Origin: Eledone cirrhosa | Lineage: Eukaryota | Reading direction: 5' to 3' | DNA length: 64,000 bases | Assembly: GCA_964016885.1 (NCBI GenBank) | Contig: OZ024744.1 | Span: 46,128,001 to 46,192,000, forward strand | Shown: positions 25,580-37,764 of the stretch, piece by piece | How the letters are laid out: every line of letters starts with the position of its first letter | Numbering within the stretch: position 1 is the stretch's first letter | Made by a program: the position numbers and the translations under genes | The notes under the pieces: model-generated | The model's database searches: none | Told to the model about the DNA's origin: nothing | The model's input: the letters and a program-made list of their open reading frames with translations, nothing else

Positions 25580-26400
25580 TATATGTTGGATATGTAGAAA
25601 AGGAGTTGGCATAAATTCTATAGAATGTACACAATGGAGATCTTGGGAACACAAGAGATGTAGTGGGATAGCAGTCAAACTAACAGGTAGGGACAACTAC
25701 ATATGCAGTAGATGTACAGGGACATTTGACAGTAGAAGTCGCAGTGATGGACATATTTTTCAAGTGCAGGTAGGTTCTATAGAATTGGTTGATAGCTTTC
25801 GATATCTAGGTGATCAAATTAGCAAGGGGCGGAGGGTGTTCCGAGGCCATAGTATCTAGAATAAGGATGGGTTGGAAGAAGTTTAGGGAGCTGCTTCCTC
25901 TGTTGACAAAAAGGGTTTCTCCCTACAAACGAAAGTCTGGTTATATGATGCCTGTGTGAGATACGCGATGCTGCATGGTAGTGAGACATGGGCTGCAACT
26001 GCAGAGGATATGTGACGGCTGGAGACAAATGAAGCAAGCATGCTCTGTGCAATGTCAATGTGCGTGAATGACCAAGCATAGATGAGCTGGGAGAGAAACT
26101 TTATAAGAGGGTTAAGTTGTAGTGTACAGGAGAGAAGACTGAGATGGTATGGACATGTGATGCGCATGGAGGATGACCGCTGGGTAAAGAAGTGCCAAGA
26201 AAAACCAGCGGCAGGAAGACGCAGTAGAGGAAGATAATGAAAATCATGGGAGGAGGTGGTGAAAGCTGACCTCAGATCGCTGAAGTTCACATAGGAGATG
26301 ACGAGGGACCGTGACGAATGGAGAGATGCTGTGCTGAAAAGGACTCGTCCCACTGTTGCAAGCAGGGAAAAGCGGGCATAAAATGAAGCTGATGATGATA
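25580..26400 (+). mobile_element. RTE LINE 3' fragment
   Basis: CWICRKGVGINSIECTQW..WEHKRCSGI, FRYLGD, LHGSETW, LRWYGHVMRM; GATGATGA tail. Confidence 0.88.
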
Positions 26401-26795
26401 TATGTAAAAGAAGGGAAATAAACAAATAAATAAATAAATGAATAAAAGAAGAAAAAGAGAAGATGGAGAGAGAGAAAAAGGGGAATAAAAAGAGAAGGGA
26501 AGATGTGGGGAGAAAAAAAGAAAAGAGGGGGAATAAAAAACCTTTGTATTCAAATGGTAGACAAAATTAGAAATTAAACATTTGTTCATATTTATCAGTG
26601 AATACCGCTTGTATTGGATCATGTTTTAGTTAATTATAAGTTTATATTATATCCAGATTATTATGCATAGATTACTTTCCATAACAATCAAATATTTAAG
26701 TTAATTACAAATTTATATGTTTAAATTAATTTTATTTAATTTAGCTCATTCTAGATTATTATAATTTTTTATTATGAGGTAAGATATTCTATTAG

Positions 26796-26890
<95 letters not shown>

Positions 26891-26945
26891 TTAAAAAATA
26901 ATGAATAAAACAATGAAACAGTTCCTTATATTAAACAAAAAAAGT

Positions 26946-27096
26946 TCATTATTTAACGATCGTTTCTAGGACATATATGTGTTAGAATTGGCATGCATAT
27001 TCAACAGATCTATGTACAAAATTATACAAAATTATACAAACTATCAAATATAATATACATACCAACACATACATATGCCGTCTTCAGAAATAATTA
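26946..27096 (-). ncRNA. Type I hammerhead with long stem II (family shared with 32080, 37248, 41300)
   Basis: Reverse complement: TAATTATTT-CTGAAGA-CGGC...CCTA-GAAA-CGATCG-TT-AAATAATGA. Confidence 0.8.
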
Positions 27097-27444
27097 AATA
27101 TATTTATTGATAATAACAACAATTCAAAATTACAGGTCTGTTTGGGAACAGAGTTCAAATTGACCAATGAAATATCAAAAATATATCAAGAAAATACAGT
27201 TAGGTGTGTGTATATATGTAAGTAACTTCGTTCACAGATATGCATAAAAATATATGTTCACATGCATACGCATGTCGAAAAAATGTATGTAAATACAATA
27301 ATTCAGGGCTAATGTCTCTGTATGTTTATAATCTACAGATAAAATACACATACGTATATAAACATATATACATTCATATATATACACATATACATACATT
27401 CATACACACACGCGCATATACACATAAACATACACATACCCACG

Positions 27445-27535
<91 letters not shown>

Positions 27536-27729
27536 GTATATATTATTATTATAACTATATGGATATTAAGGCGTACACATAAACACTGCCACATATATTT
27601 ACATCTAGATGCAGAACTAAAGTAGGAAAGGGGATCAGTAATTACTAAGGGTGTCAGACAACGGCCTATTTATAAAATGTATCTATAAATTTAGAAATAA
27701 AAAGAAATATATTAAAAAGAAATAAACAA

Positions 27730-27763
27730 GTAAAATATATACTCATACATAAAATACACACCG

Positions 27764-27846
<83 letters not shown>

Positions 27847-27848
27847 CG

Positions 27849-27883
<35 letters not shown>

Positions 27884-28265
27884 ATATATATATAGAGACA
27901 CATACAAATACATATATAAATACATAGACACACATACATACACACATATATATATACATATACTTACAACACACATACATATATACACATATATGTACAT
28001 ACACATACACACATACATACATATACATATATACATATACACACATATATATACATACACATATATACACATATATATATATACATACACGCACATATAT
28101 ATACACACACACACATACATATACGTATATATACACACACATACACATATCCATGTATGTACATATACATACAACCACACGCTCACACACAACTCAGACA
28201 TACATAAATAAAGAGATATACATACACACATATATATATATATATAGATATATACATACACATAA

Positions 28266-28296
<31 letters not shown>

Positions 28297-28303
28297 TATG
28301 CAT

Positions 28304-28373
<70 letters not shown>

Positions 28374-28680
28374 ATAAATAAATAAATAAATACACACAGT
28401 CAGACAATTATGCACACACATATATATATACATACACACATCACTACAAATATATATACACATACACACACACACACACATATATATATACACACATATA
28501 CATATATAGACATATATATACACATATAAATACATATATATACACATATATATATACATATATATATATCTACCATCATACACACTTATTTACATGCGCA
28601 CATATGTATTTTTATACTCACATACAAACACCCAAACATACATACATACTTACATACACATACATACATCCACGCTTACA
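27730..28680. repeat. Compound (TA)n/(CA)n microsatellite inside PLE2
   Basis: Seen directly; source of many spurious ORFs. Confidence 0.95.
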
Positions 28681-29710
28681 AATACGAATAATTATAGGGG
28701 GGGGAGGGGATTAAAATTATTAGTGGGAAATAGTAAATATAGGTTTCAAGGAACATAGAATATTAATCTGCATTCAGATCATAATATGTGTTTACATAGT
28801 AGTTTCAGTATTAGGAAATGTAAGAAAGAAGGCAAAATTATGCCTTTTAATATAAGTAGACTATTAATTATAGGTTAACTAAATTAAAAATAGTTAATAT
28901 ATTGATTTCTAAGGTGTATACTACTTAGGTTTATAATATTTAAAGCGGAATTTTGAAGTTAAACAGTAGTAGAGTATTAATTATAGCATAACTAAATTAA
29001 AAATATTAACATTATGGTATCAATTTTAGGAAATGAATTTAGTAATAGGGAAAACCAAATCAAGTATTTCATCGGTAGTAGAATATAAATTATAGGTTAA
29101 CTAAATTAAAAATTATATATTAATTTCTATAGTATATGTTAATTAGGTTTATAATAATTAAAGCAGATTTTGTATTTTATCTATAGTAGAATATAATTAT
29201 AGGTTAACAAAAATTAAAATTAATATATATATATATATATATTTAATTGTAAAGAATATATTAATTAGGTATATATTTAAAGTTTATCTCAGTTTATGAT
29301 TACATGATATTCTGCAATCCATCTGTATTAGAATTTTAATTTTAAGCTAATTAAATTAAAATTATAGGTTAACTAAATTAAAATTAAAATTAATTTATAA
29401 ATAAATTTCTAAATTGTACATTAATTAGGTTTATAATATTAAAAAATATTTCTCTGTTATTGATTACACGATATTTTGTTATATTTCATCTGTAAAGGAA
29501 TTTTAATAAAAGGTTAAATAAACTAAAATTAATCTATAAATTAATTTACAAAGTATATATTAATTATGTTAATAATATTTAAAAGTTATTCACAATTTAT
29601 GATTACACAATATTTTTTAATCTCATCTGTAGTAGAATTTTAATTAAATTAAAGTTATAGGTTAACTACATTTAAATTAAATTATATATTAATTTCTAAA
29701 ATATATATTA

Positions 29711-31500
29711 TTAATTAGGTTTATAATATTTAAATGTTTTTCTCAGTTTATGATTACACGATATGATTAATTCCTGTCGCTTATTTAATAGGATATCCTT
29801 AGATTTCATTATTTCAAATAGTTCTTGGGAACACAATCTACATTCATTTCTATTATTTTGATAAGGGGTGGCTCTTTTGAGCACACTCCAGGTCATATCA
29901 TATTCTATATTCTTATTTCTATAACTATTAATTTTTTCTGCTAGAGATGTTGTATTAGCCAGTGCGGCATTTTTAAAACTATGTTTGTGGGTTTTAAACC
30001 TTACCTTAAAATTGTTAGAAGTAGCTCCTATATATGAGCAAATAGAATCTTTAGTTTTAACTTTACATTTATAAACTATGTTGTTAACAAGACAATTTCC
30101 TTTTAATGGGCAGTTTGCTTTGTTTCTACAGTTACAACCTTTCGTTAATTCTGTATTTGAGGAGATATTATGGTTAGTTTGTTGTATTGGTGGTATACTT
30201 ATGGTTTTTTTACATTTATATGCATTATAGGCACTTATATTTTGTTTTATGTTTTTGGTTGTTGAGTATGAGAATTTAACTGTTGATCTATTTAAGATTT
30301 GATGGTATTTGTGGTTTGGCGGGAAGTTTTTCTCTAGGATATAAAAATTTTTTTTAGCAATATTATCCTTAATTTGTAAATTAAATGGAGCATTATACCA
30401 AGTAACTCGTCTTTTACGGTTTCTATGTTGTTTATTATTTTTATAGGTTGCATCGTGATGTTTACTAGGAGGATTAATGTTAATGACCTCACCACGCACA
30501 TTTTTGGTTAGATTTATTGATTTAGGTGTTTTATCTTGTTTATTAGGAGTTTTATTATTAACATTTATTAGAGTTGTATGATGAGTAGTTTTTTGAGAGT
30601 TACTGTATTTTATATTAGAGGAGTTGTTGGTATTTTGGGGTATAGTGTGAGTGGCATTTAGGTGTGTACTTTTCATTTGGTGTTTGTTGGTAATATTAGG
30701 TTGTATGTTTATAGTATTTTTAGTAGAAGGTATATATTCTAATCTATTTTTGTGGCCACTTCTATCTAGAGCTTCGTTATAGAAGGTCGCATTTTTATCA
30801 AATACATCTTGGTTAGACGAAAGGTTAGAAATTCTAAGTGATATATTATATGCAAGGTTTTTAAGGATAGATTTAGGGTGATTAGATTGTGAGTGTATGT
30901 AGTGTAAGTTTTGGTTGGGTTTATGGTAAGGTTGGTAGATACCCGTAGCTAAGTCTAAAGTTATATCAAGGAAATTAACTACTTTACTTGTGTTTTCAAA
31001 AGTAATATGAAGACTATAATAGTCTTTAAGGAAAGTTCTAATAAGTTTTTTGTTTTTTTTCTATTTCTGAGAGGCTAAGGTTGTTGGAAAGAAGAAGACA
31101 GTCATCACGATATAAACCACCTTTAAGGTGGGGAAAGGTAGCATTTATGTTGAAAAGAAGAAAGATTAGATTTTTTATAATTTTTCCTGAGTTCTATATA
31201 TATGAACTCATTATAATCTTCAATATCCATGTGATACAAGTTTCCAGTTTTGTCCGAGTGGACATGGATTTTTTTAGACTTTTTTAGGTCCAATAGGGTA
31301 GAATCAAGGTCCTTTTGAAAGACAGATTTATACTTCTTAAATTTGAGGTGTTTAATTAAATTAAAAAGGTCTTTCTCAAAGTCTTCAAGTAGAGAGTTGT
31401 GTGGTGGATTCTTGTAAGTATTGAAATCATACATATATTTCCTATCTGCATATTTAGATTTTTTATCGAAGTGGTAGGCCCTCCATCTAACTCTATTTAT
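29711..31500 (-). pseudogene. PLE2 ORF remnant (N-terminal part, internal RT deletion of about 550 bp, YRDD, thumb, GIY-YIG)
   Basis: Highly similar to 37765-40222: RVRWRAYHF, SDKTGNLY, GGLYRDDC, VNFLDITLD, CNCRNKANCPL, VYKC..YIG. Confidence 0.92.
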
Positions 31501-32079
31501 TAGTATATTAATATATTTCTTTTTATTTCTAAATTTATAGGTACATTTTATAAATAGGCCGTTGTCTGACACCCTTAGTAATTACTGATCCCCTTTCCTA
31601 CTTTAGTTCTGCATCTAGATGTAAATATATGTGGCAGTGTTTATGTGTACGCCTTAATATCCATATAGTTATAATAATAATATATACGTATGTGTGTGTG
31701 TGTGAGTGTGTGTGTGTGTGTGTGTATGTTCGTGGGTATGTGTATGTTTATGTGTATATGCGCGTGTGTGTATGAATGTATGTATATGTGTATATATATG
31801 AATGTATATATGTTTATATACGTATGTGTATTTTATCTGTAGATTATAAACATACAGAGACATTAGCCCTGAATTATTGTATTTACATACATTTTTTCGA
31901 CATGCGTATGCATGTGAACATATATTTTTATGCATATCTGTGAACGAAGTTACTTACATATATACACACACCTAACTGTATTTTCTTGATATATTTTTGT
32001 GTATTTCATTGGTCAATTTGAACTCTGTTCCCAAACAGACCTGTAATTTTGAATTGTTGTTATTATCAATAAATATATT

Positions 32080-32230
32080 TCATTATTTCTGAAGACGGCA
32101 TATGTATGTGTTGGTATGTATATTATATTTGATAGTTTGTATAATTTTGTATAATTTTGTACATAGATCTGTTGAATATGCATGCCAATTCTAACACATA
32201 TATGTCCTAGAAACGATCGTTAAATAATGA
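32080..32230 (+). ncRNA. Type I hammerhead with long stem II
   Basis: TCATTATTT-CTGAAGA-(114-nt hairpin)-GAAA-CGATCG-TT-AAATAATGA; perfect 9-bp stem I; GUU site at 32221. Confidence 0.85.
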
Positions 32231-32448
32231 ACTTTTTTTGTTTAATATAAGGAACTGTTTCATTGTTTTATTCATTATTTTTTTTATATTTTATCTTGAC
32301 TCTGTATTCCGTTTATCTTTCACCGAAAGTGATTTTTGAATGCATCTCTTCTTTCCATGATATCCGGATTACATTGAGTTCTTCATACGGATTGGACACT
32401 ACCGTAAACTTTTGGTAGATTTATCTACATATATATATATATATATAT

Positions 32449-33171
32449 GTATTTTAACGATAGTTATAGCTCTGATTTATCTGAATTATTGAGCCCTCTG
32501 CCACTGATATCGAATTTTGTTTATCGTGAACTCGTGCGCTGATTTTTTGATACTCGATTATTCTACTATATTTAGCTCTAGACTTAGCTATTGACCAGTT
32601 AATTTTATTGTTCATTTTTTGTCGATTCTATTAAATGATGAATAGCTCCTGTTTATTTTAACATGTCTATTGAGCACTCTTATTCGATATGTGATTTTCC
32701 ACATTTTCCCGAATATTTTTCGCGGATATAGAGGTTATCTCCCTTGCTGAATTCCATGTGCGTTTTCAGCTAGGGTTGTACCTTTTATTCGTTCGGACAA
32801 AAGCTCGTTGATAAAGTAATTCCTGTCCGCTGCTCCCCAGAAGTCTTATATATTTTTATGTGGGCTGATAGTGGGCGATTTAAGGATTTACAGAAACCCA
32901 AGAAGCTAGATTTACCATCTTTCTAGCGGGTCTGGGTAAGCTTTTTACATTCATATGATTTATTGATTTATTGATATTTTATCTGAGTGACCCGAATCTT
33001 CCAGATCGTAATTTTTCGGTCGTATGGTTGATTTTAGACATAATCTATGTGTGTTGGTATTTTAACGCTAGTTATAGCTCTGATTTATGTGAATTATTGA
33101 GCACTCTGCCACTCATATCGAATTTTGTTTATCGTGAACTCATGCGCCGATTTTTCGATACTCGATTATTC

Positions 33172-33178
<7 letters not shown>
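32449..33178 (+). mobile_element. Non-coding unit with direct terminal repeats of about 120 bp (period 608 bp) and an HHR 3'-half remnant
   Basis: 32451-32570 recurs at 33059-33178; GAAA-CCC...GGG-TC-TGGG at 32893-32936; bounded by (TA)n. Confidence 0.65.
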
Positions 33179-33224
<46 letters not shown>

Positions 33225-33231
<7 letters not shown>

Positions 33232-34031
33232 AAGGTATATATTGAGTTAGAAACTCAAAATAGTCTCTTACAATAAAATAGCTCTAAGAAAGAGATATTT
33301 CTGAGCCGTATATTATAATTGAATATAAAAGAAAGACGAACTCAGATATATACATATATGTGTTCAAATCGTAAGGGGCCAGATTCGCTAAGGTGAAAAG
33401 AATACTAACTATAGACAATAGGGTTTGCCTGTCTCAATTTAAGAAAAAATCAAGAAAATAAATACAAACTGATTTGAACACATATATGTATATATCTGTG
33501 TTCGTTTTTCTTTTATATTCAATTATAATATACGGCTCGGAAATATCTCTTTCTTAGAGCTATTTTATTGTAAGAGACTATTTTGAGTTTCTAACTCAAT
33601 ATATACCTTTGATATATTCGGCTCCGTTAATTTGTTGAGCTATGTCGAATAAACCTGGCTGCTATTTTTAGTGGTGTAAGATTGTGAGACACGCTAAGAT
33701 ACCATGTGCGTTGTTATATATAGCACACTATTCAGTGTCTTAATATACTTAGAAGTGTCTAGGATACTAATTCATCACCCACTGATGAGCAATAATTGGT
33801 ATTTCTATTCACAATTAATATTGCGAAACAGCACCAAGAGCTGACTGGGTGATTGGTAGTTACCACAATTCCGGTTTGTATTTATTTTCTTGATTTATTC
33901 TTAAATTGAGACAGGCAAACCCTATTATCTATAGTTAATATTCTTTTCACCTCAGCGAATCTGGTCCCTTGCGATTTGAACACATATATGTATATAACTG
34001 TGTTCGTTTTTCTTTTATATTCTATTATAAT

Positions 34032-34032
<1 letters not shown>
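33225..34032 (+). mobile_element. Retrozyme/pLTR-like non-coding element: inverted segment plus a 502-bp monomer
   Basis: GATTTGAACACATATATG at 33471 and 33973; 33225-33470 is the reverse complement of the monomer end joined to the monomer start; contains an HHR. Confidence 0.8.
33774..33853 (+). ncRNA. Full-size type I hammerhead with a GAC (not GUC) cleavage triplet
   Basis: ATCACCCA-CTGATGA-GCAATA...TATTGC-GAAA-CAGC(ACCAAGA)GCTG-AC-TGGGTGAT. Confidence 0.85.
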
Positions 34033-34078
<46 letters not shown>

Positions 34079-34084
<6 letters not shown>

Positions 34085-34575
34085 CGTAGTTTAGAAAGCC
34101 ACAACAATGCAGAGGGAAATCTCGAGGTAGGAAGTGAATGATAGATAGGAGAAATAGGAGAAAGTGAAAATTGAGAGAGACAAAGATGAAAACAAAACAA
34201 AGGTAGAAGGGTTACCGTAGTGGAGATTTAATCCCAATATTTCGGGCTCACGCCCATCAACGGGGGGAAGTTCCAAAAGGGGGGGACAGGCTAAGTCGGA
34301 GAAAGTTGTGATGTCGTTAAAACAGGAATGCCGTTTTAACATCACAACTTTCTCCGACTTAGCCTGTTCCCCCCCTTTTGGAACTTTCCCCCGTTGATGG
34401 GCGTGAGCCCGAAATATTGGGATTAAATCTCCACTACGGTAACCCTTCTACCTTTGTTTTGTTTTCATCTTTGTCTCTCTCAATTTTCACTTTCTCCTAT
34501 TTCTCCTATCTATCATTCACTTCCTACCTCGAGATTTCCCTCTGCATTGTTGTGGCTTTCTAAACTACGTATTTT
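34079..34575. repeat. Near-perfect palindrome of about 500 bp (arms about 240 bp, loop about 9 nt)
   Basis: The same peptide appears in opposite-strand ORFs 34091-34345 and 34378-34563; centre GTTAAAAC-AGGAATGCC-GTTTTAAC. Confidence 0.92.
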
Positions 34576-34613
34576 ACACATTTCACAATGCTTCAAGCAA
34601 ACTTTAACACCCT

Positions 34614-34650
<37 letters not shown>

Positions 34651-34990
34651 TCATCATCATCATTTCATTTTACGTCCGCTTTTTCCTGCTTGCAAGGGTG
34701 GGACGGGAACTGATTCTGGCTTGATTTCTACAGCTGGATGCCCTTCCTAACACCAACCTCATTTACAGTGAGTGCTGGGTGCTTTTTTGCTGTGGCACCT
34801 CCACGATCACTTTGCAGTGGAATGATATGGACCCCATTCCCTATCATCTCATTTCTACAGCTGAGTAAACTGGAGCAATGTGAAATAAAGTGTCTTGCTC
34901 AAGGAAACAACACACCACCCGGTCTGAGAATTGAACTCACAACCTTTACGATTGCAAGGCCAATGCTCTAACAGCTAAGCCATGTGCCTC

Positions 34991-35051
<61 letters not shown>

Positions 35052-35093
35052 TTATAATTATATATATATATATATAATTATATATATATAGTA

Positions 35094-35990
35094 CCAGCTG
35101 AGCCCGGTTGAACACGGGGGGGGGGGGGACTTTTTATTAAGTTAATAATTTGAAAAATATTATCGAAAGTTTATTATAAAGAATCAGTATCAGGATAAAA
35201 AATAGAAATATGCACTTGGGGCTGGACGGCGTACAATGAGAAGTGGAGCGACGTGAAAAGCGTTGTTTATTAGCAGCGAAACACCAATGTCGATGATATG
35301 CAAGTTTGAAAATGCAGATTATGAAGGTTTGTATGATAGTTTACACTTTGATTGTCTTATTTAAAATAACATATCAAAGACAACGTTATTTCGCTGTTAA
35401 TAAACTGTTGCCTTCTACAGTACGTTTCATTTTCATTTCTCAATTACAGTTGCTCTATATTAAAATTAAATACTTCTATAACGATAAATACAGTACCGAT
35501 TTATGAAATCGATTCTGCAGTAGAATTTTACGAAATGCCAAACCGAAAAAGGTCAGTTTTCTAACAAAATAAATAAAACCCTTACATTGCGAACCCCCTG
35601 TTCTAATACTTGGGTTAGTTATTTCCACCTCTTCTAATAAACGTCTAATATATAGAGGCCCCTCTTGCTGACCAGGGCAATCAAGGTGTAAACTATCATA
35701 CAAACCTTCATAATCTGCATTTTCAAACTTGCATATCATCGACATTGCTATTTCGCTGTAAATAAACATCGCTAGGGGGAAATAACTCACCGGAAGCGAT
35801 AGTAAATAGACCGTTTGGGGGCCCTAGGGACCACATTTTTAAAGTTAGAGATTTGAAACCTCGTTTATTTGCTTCCTTGGCACTTTTACATAGGTGTGTA
35901 AATGTTCATGTCCGTCCGCCCACGTCTACTACCATTTAACTGTGCACTACTGAATTTCAACCACCATCCATTTCACAAATATATATTAGA
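35094..35990 (-). mobile_element. Non-autonomous Helitron-like element with an internal inverted repeat of about 90 bp
   Basis: On -: A|TC start at 35990, CCCG-TGTTCAAC-CGGG hairpin then CTGG|T end at 35094; IR 35263-35354 / 35678-35768. Confidence 0.6.
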
Positions 35991-36010
35991 TATATATAAT
36001 TATATTTATA

Positions 36011-36060
<50 letters not shown>

Positions 36061-36503
36061 TATATGTAGATAAATCTACCAAAAATTTTACGGTAGTGTC
36101 CAATCCATATGAAGAACTCAATGTAATCCGGATATCATGAAAAGAGAAGATGCATTCAAAAACTATTTTCGGTGAAAATTAACGGAATACAGAGTCAAGA
36201 TAAATTAATAAAGTAATGAATAAACAAAGAAACAGTTAATATATAAACTGTTTTAATTTAGTTAACCTATAGTTAATATTCTACTACTGATGAACTACAT
36301 AATTTTACTTTCCTTCTTACAACTATCATTTCCTAAAACTGATACCATTAAGTAAACATATATAATGCTTTAATTTCAGGTTATGACTCTATGTTCCTTG
36401 AAATCTCTATATATTTATTATTTCTCACTAATAAATTTAACTGCCCCCCCCCCCCCCGAATTATATGTATGTGTATGTATGTATGTGTGTATATGTATAT
36501 GTA

Positions 36504-36552
<49 letters not shown>

Positions 36553-37247
36553 CTATGTGTGTGTATATATATATATTATTTTTATATTCTTTTAATTTCC
36601 CCTCATCTTTAACAGCACTCTTCAACTACATCTAACTCTTATTTATCATATCTATATGCATTAATATAATTTTATCAATATAAATATACCCATCAATTAA
36701 ATTAATTTATATTCTTTTCATGGATGTATTTTTTTCACTAACACTCTTACCGTAAAATTTTAGTCTCCTTAGATATTTGCATTGGCATTACTATTTTATA
36801 ACAGCAACTGTTCGTATACCTTTTACTGACCATACCTATTTTCACCTCTAAAATAACCTTCTCATTCTTCACACTCCATTCAAAACTGAAATCTACCTTC
36901 TTCTACCCCTAAAATAAACTTCAATTACTAATATTTTACCATTTGGCCAATTATTAACTTTCTATTGGTTAATTCTAAACCTGTTACCAAACAGACAGAC
37001 TATATTAAATCTTTGTTGGTTTTATTCAATGAACAAATATAATTATTTCTGAGGTCAGCATACGACCTATTTTCATCCCTAAAATAATCTTTCATTCATA
37101 ATATTCTTTTCCATCCAAAACTGAAATCTACCTTCCTCTACCCATAAATTAAGGTTCTTTTACTACTATCTTTCTATTGGTCAATTCAAAACCTGTTCCC
37201 AAACAGACCTATTGTATTGAATCTTTGTTTTTTTCAATAAACAAATA

Positions 37248-37389
37248 TCATTATTTCTGAAGACAGCATATATATGTGTAGGTATGTATATTCCCTCTGA
37301 TAGCTTGTATAAATATTTTACATAGATCTATAGAATATGCATACCAACACTAACACATATATATCCTAGAAACGATCGTAAAATGATGA
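37248..37389 (+). ncRNA. Type I hammerhead in the 5' pLTR
   Basis: TCATTATTT-CTGAAGA-(105-nt hairpin)-GAAA-CGATCG-TA-AAATGATGA; GUA site at 37380. Confidence 0.87.
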
Positions 37390-37638
37390 ATTTTTTTAAT
37401 ATAAGGAACTGTTTCTTTGTTTATTCATTACTTTATTAATTTATCTTGACTCTGTTTTCCGTTAATTTTCACCGAAAATACTTTTTGAATGCATCTTCTC
37501 TTTTCATGGTATCCGGATTACATTGAGTTCTTCATACGGATTGGACACTACCGTAAAACTTTTGGTAGATTTATCTACATACTATGCTCCTTTTTTTATG
37601 GGAATATTCTTAATTTTGTGAATGTATATGTATGTGTA

Positions 37639-37703
<65 letters not shown>

Positions 37704-37764
37704 AACTTTATAACTCCATATATAAATAGTTGAGCTCTTTTTCTTGTCCATTATCCATATCACA

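Larger units (their letters stand above)
26882..32430 (-). mobile_element. Penelope-like element 2 with inverted pLTRs of about 820 bp (26882-27715 / 31508-32292)
   Basis: Arms are reverse complements and each holds an HHR; ORF remnant between them; bounded by (TA)n. Confidence 0.9.

Noticed and set aside
27240-28585. Many [12 protein letters not shown] ORFs here and at 7231-7934, 13008-13475, 17362-17752, 36383-36612, 40386-40665
   Set aside because: Translations of microsatellites and minisatellites
36287-36300. CTGATGA in the PLE3 pLTR start (also near 40290)
   Set aside because: No pairing stem II or downstream GAAA/NUH arrangement
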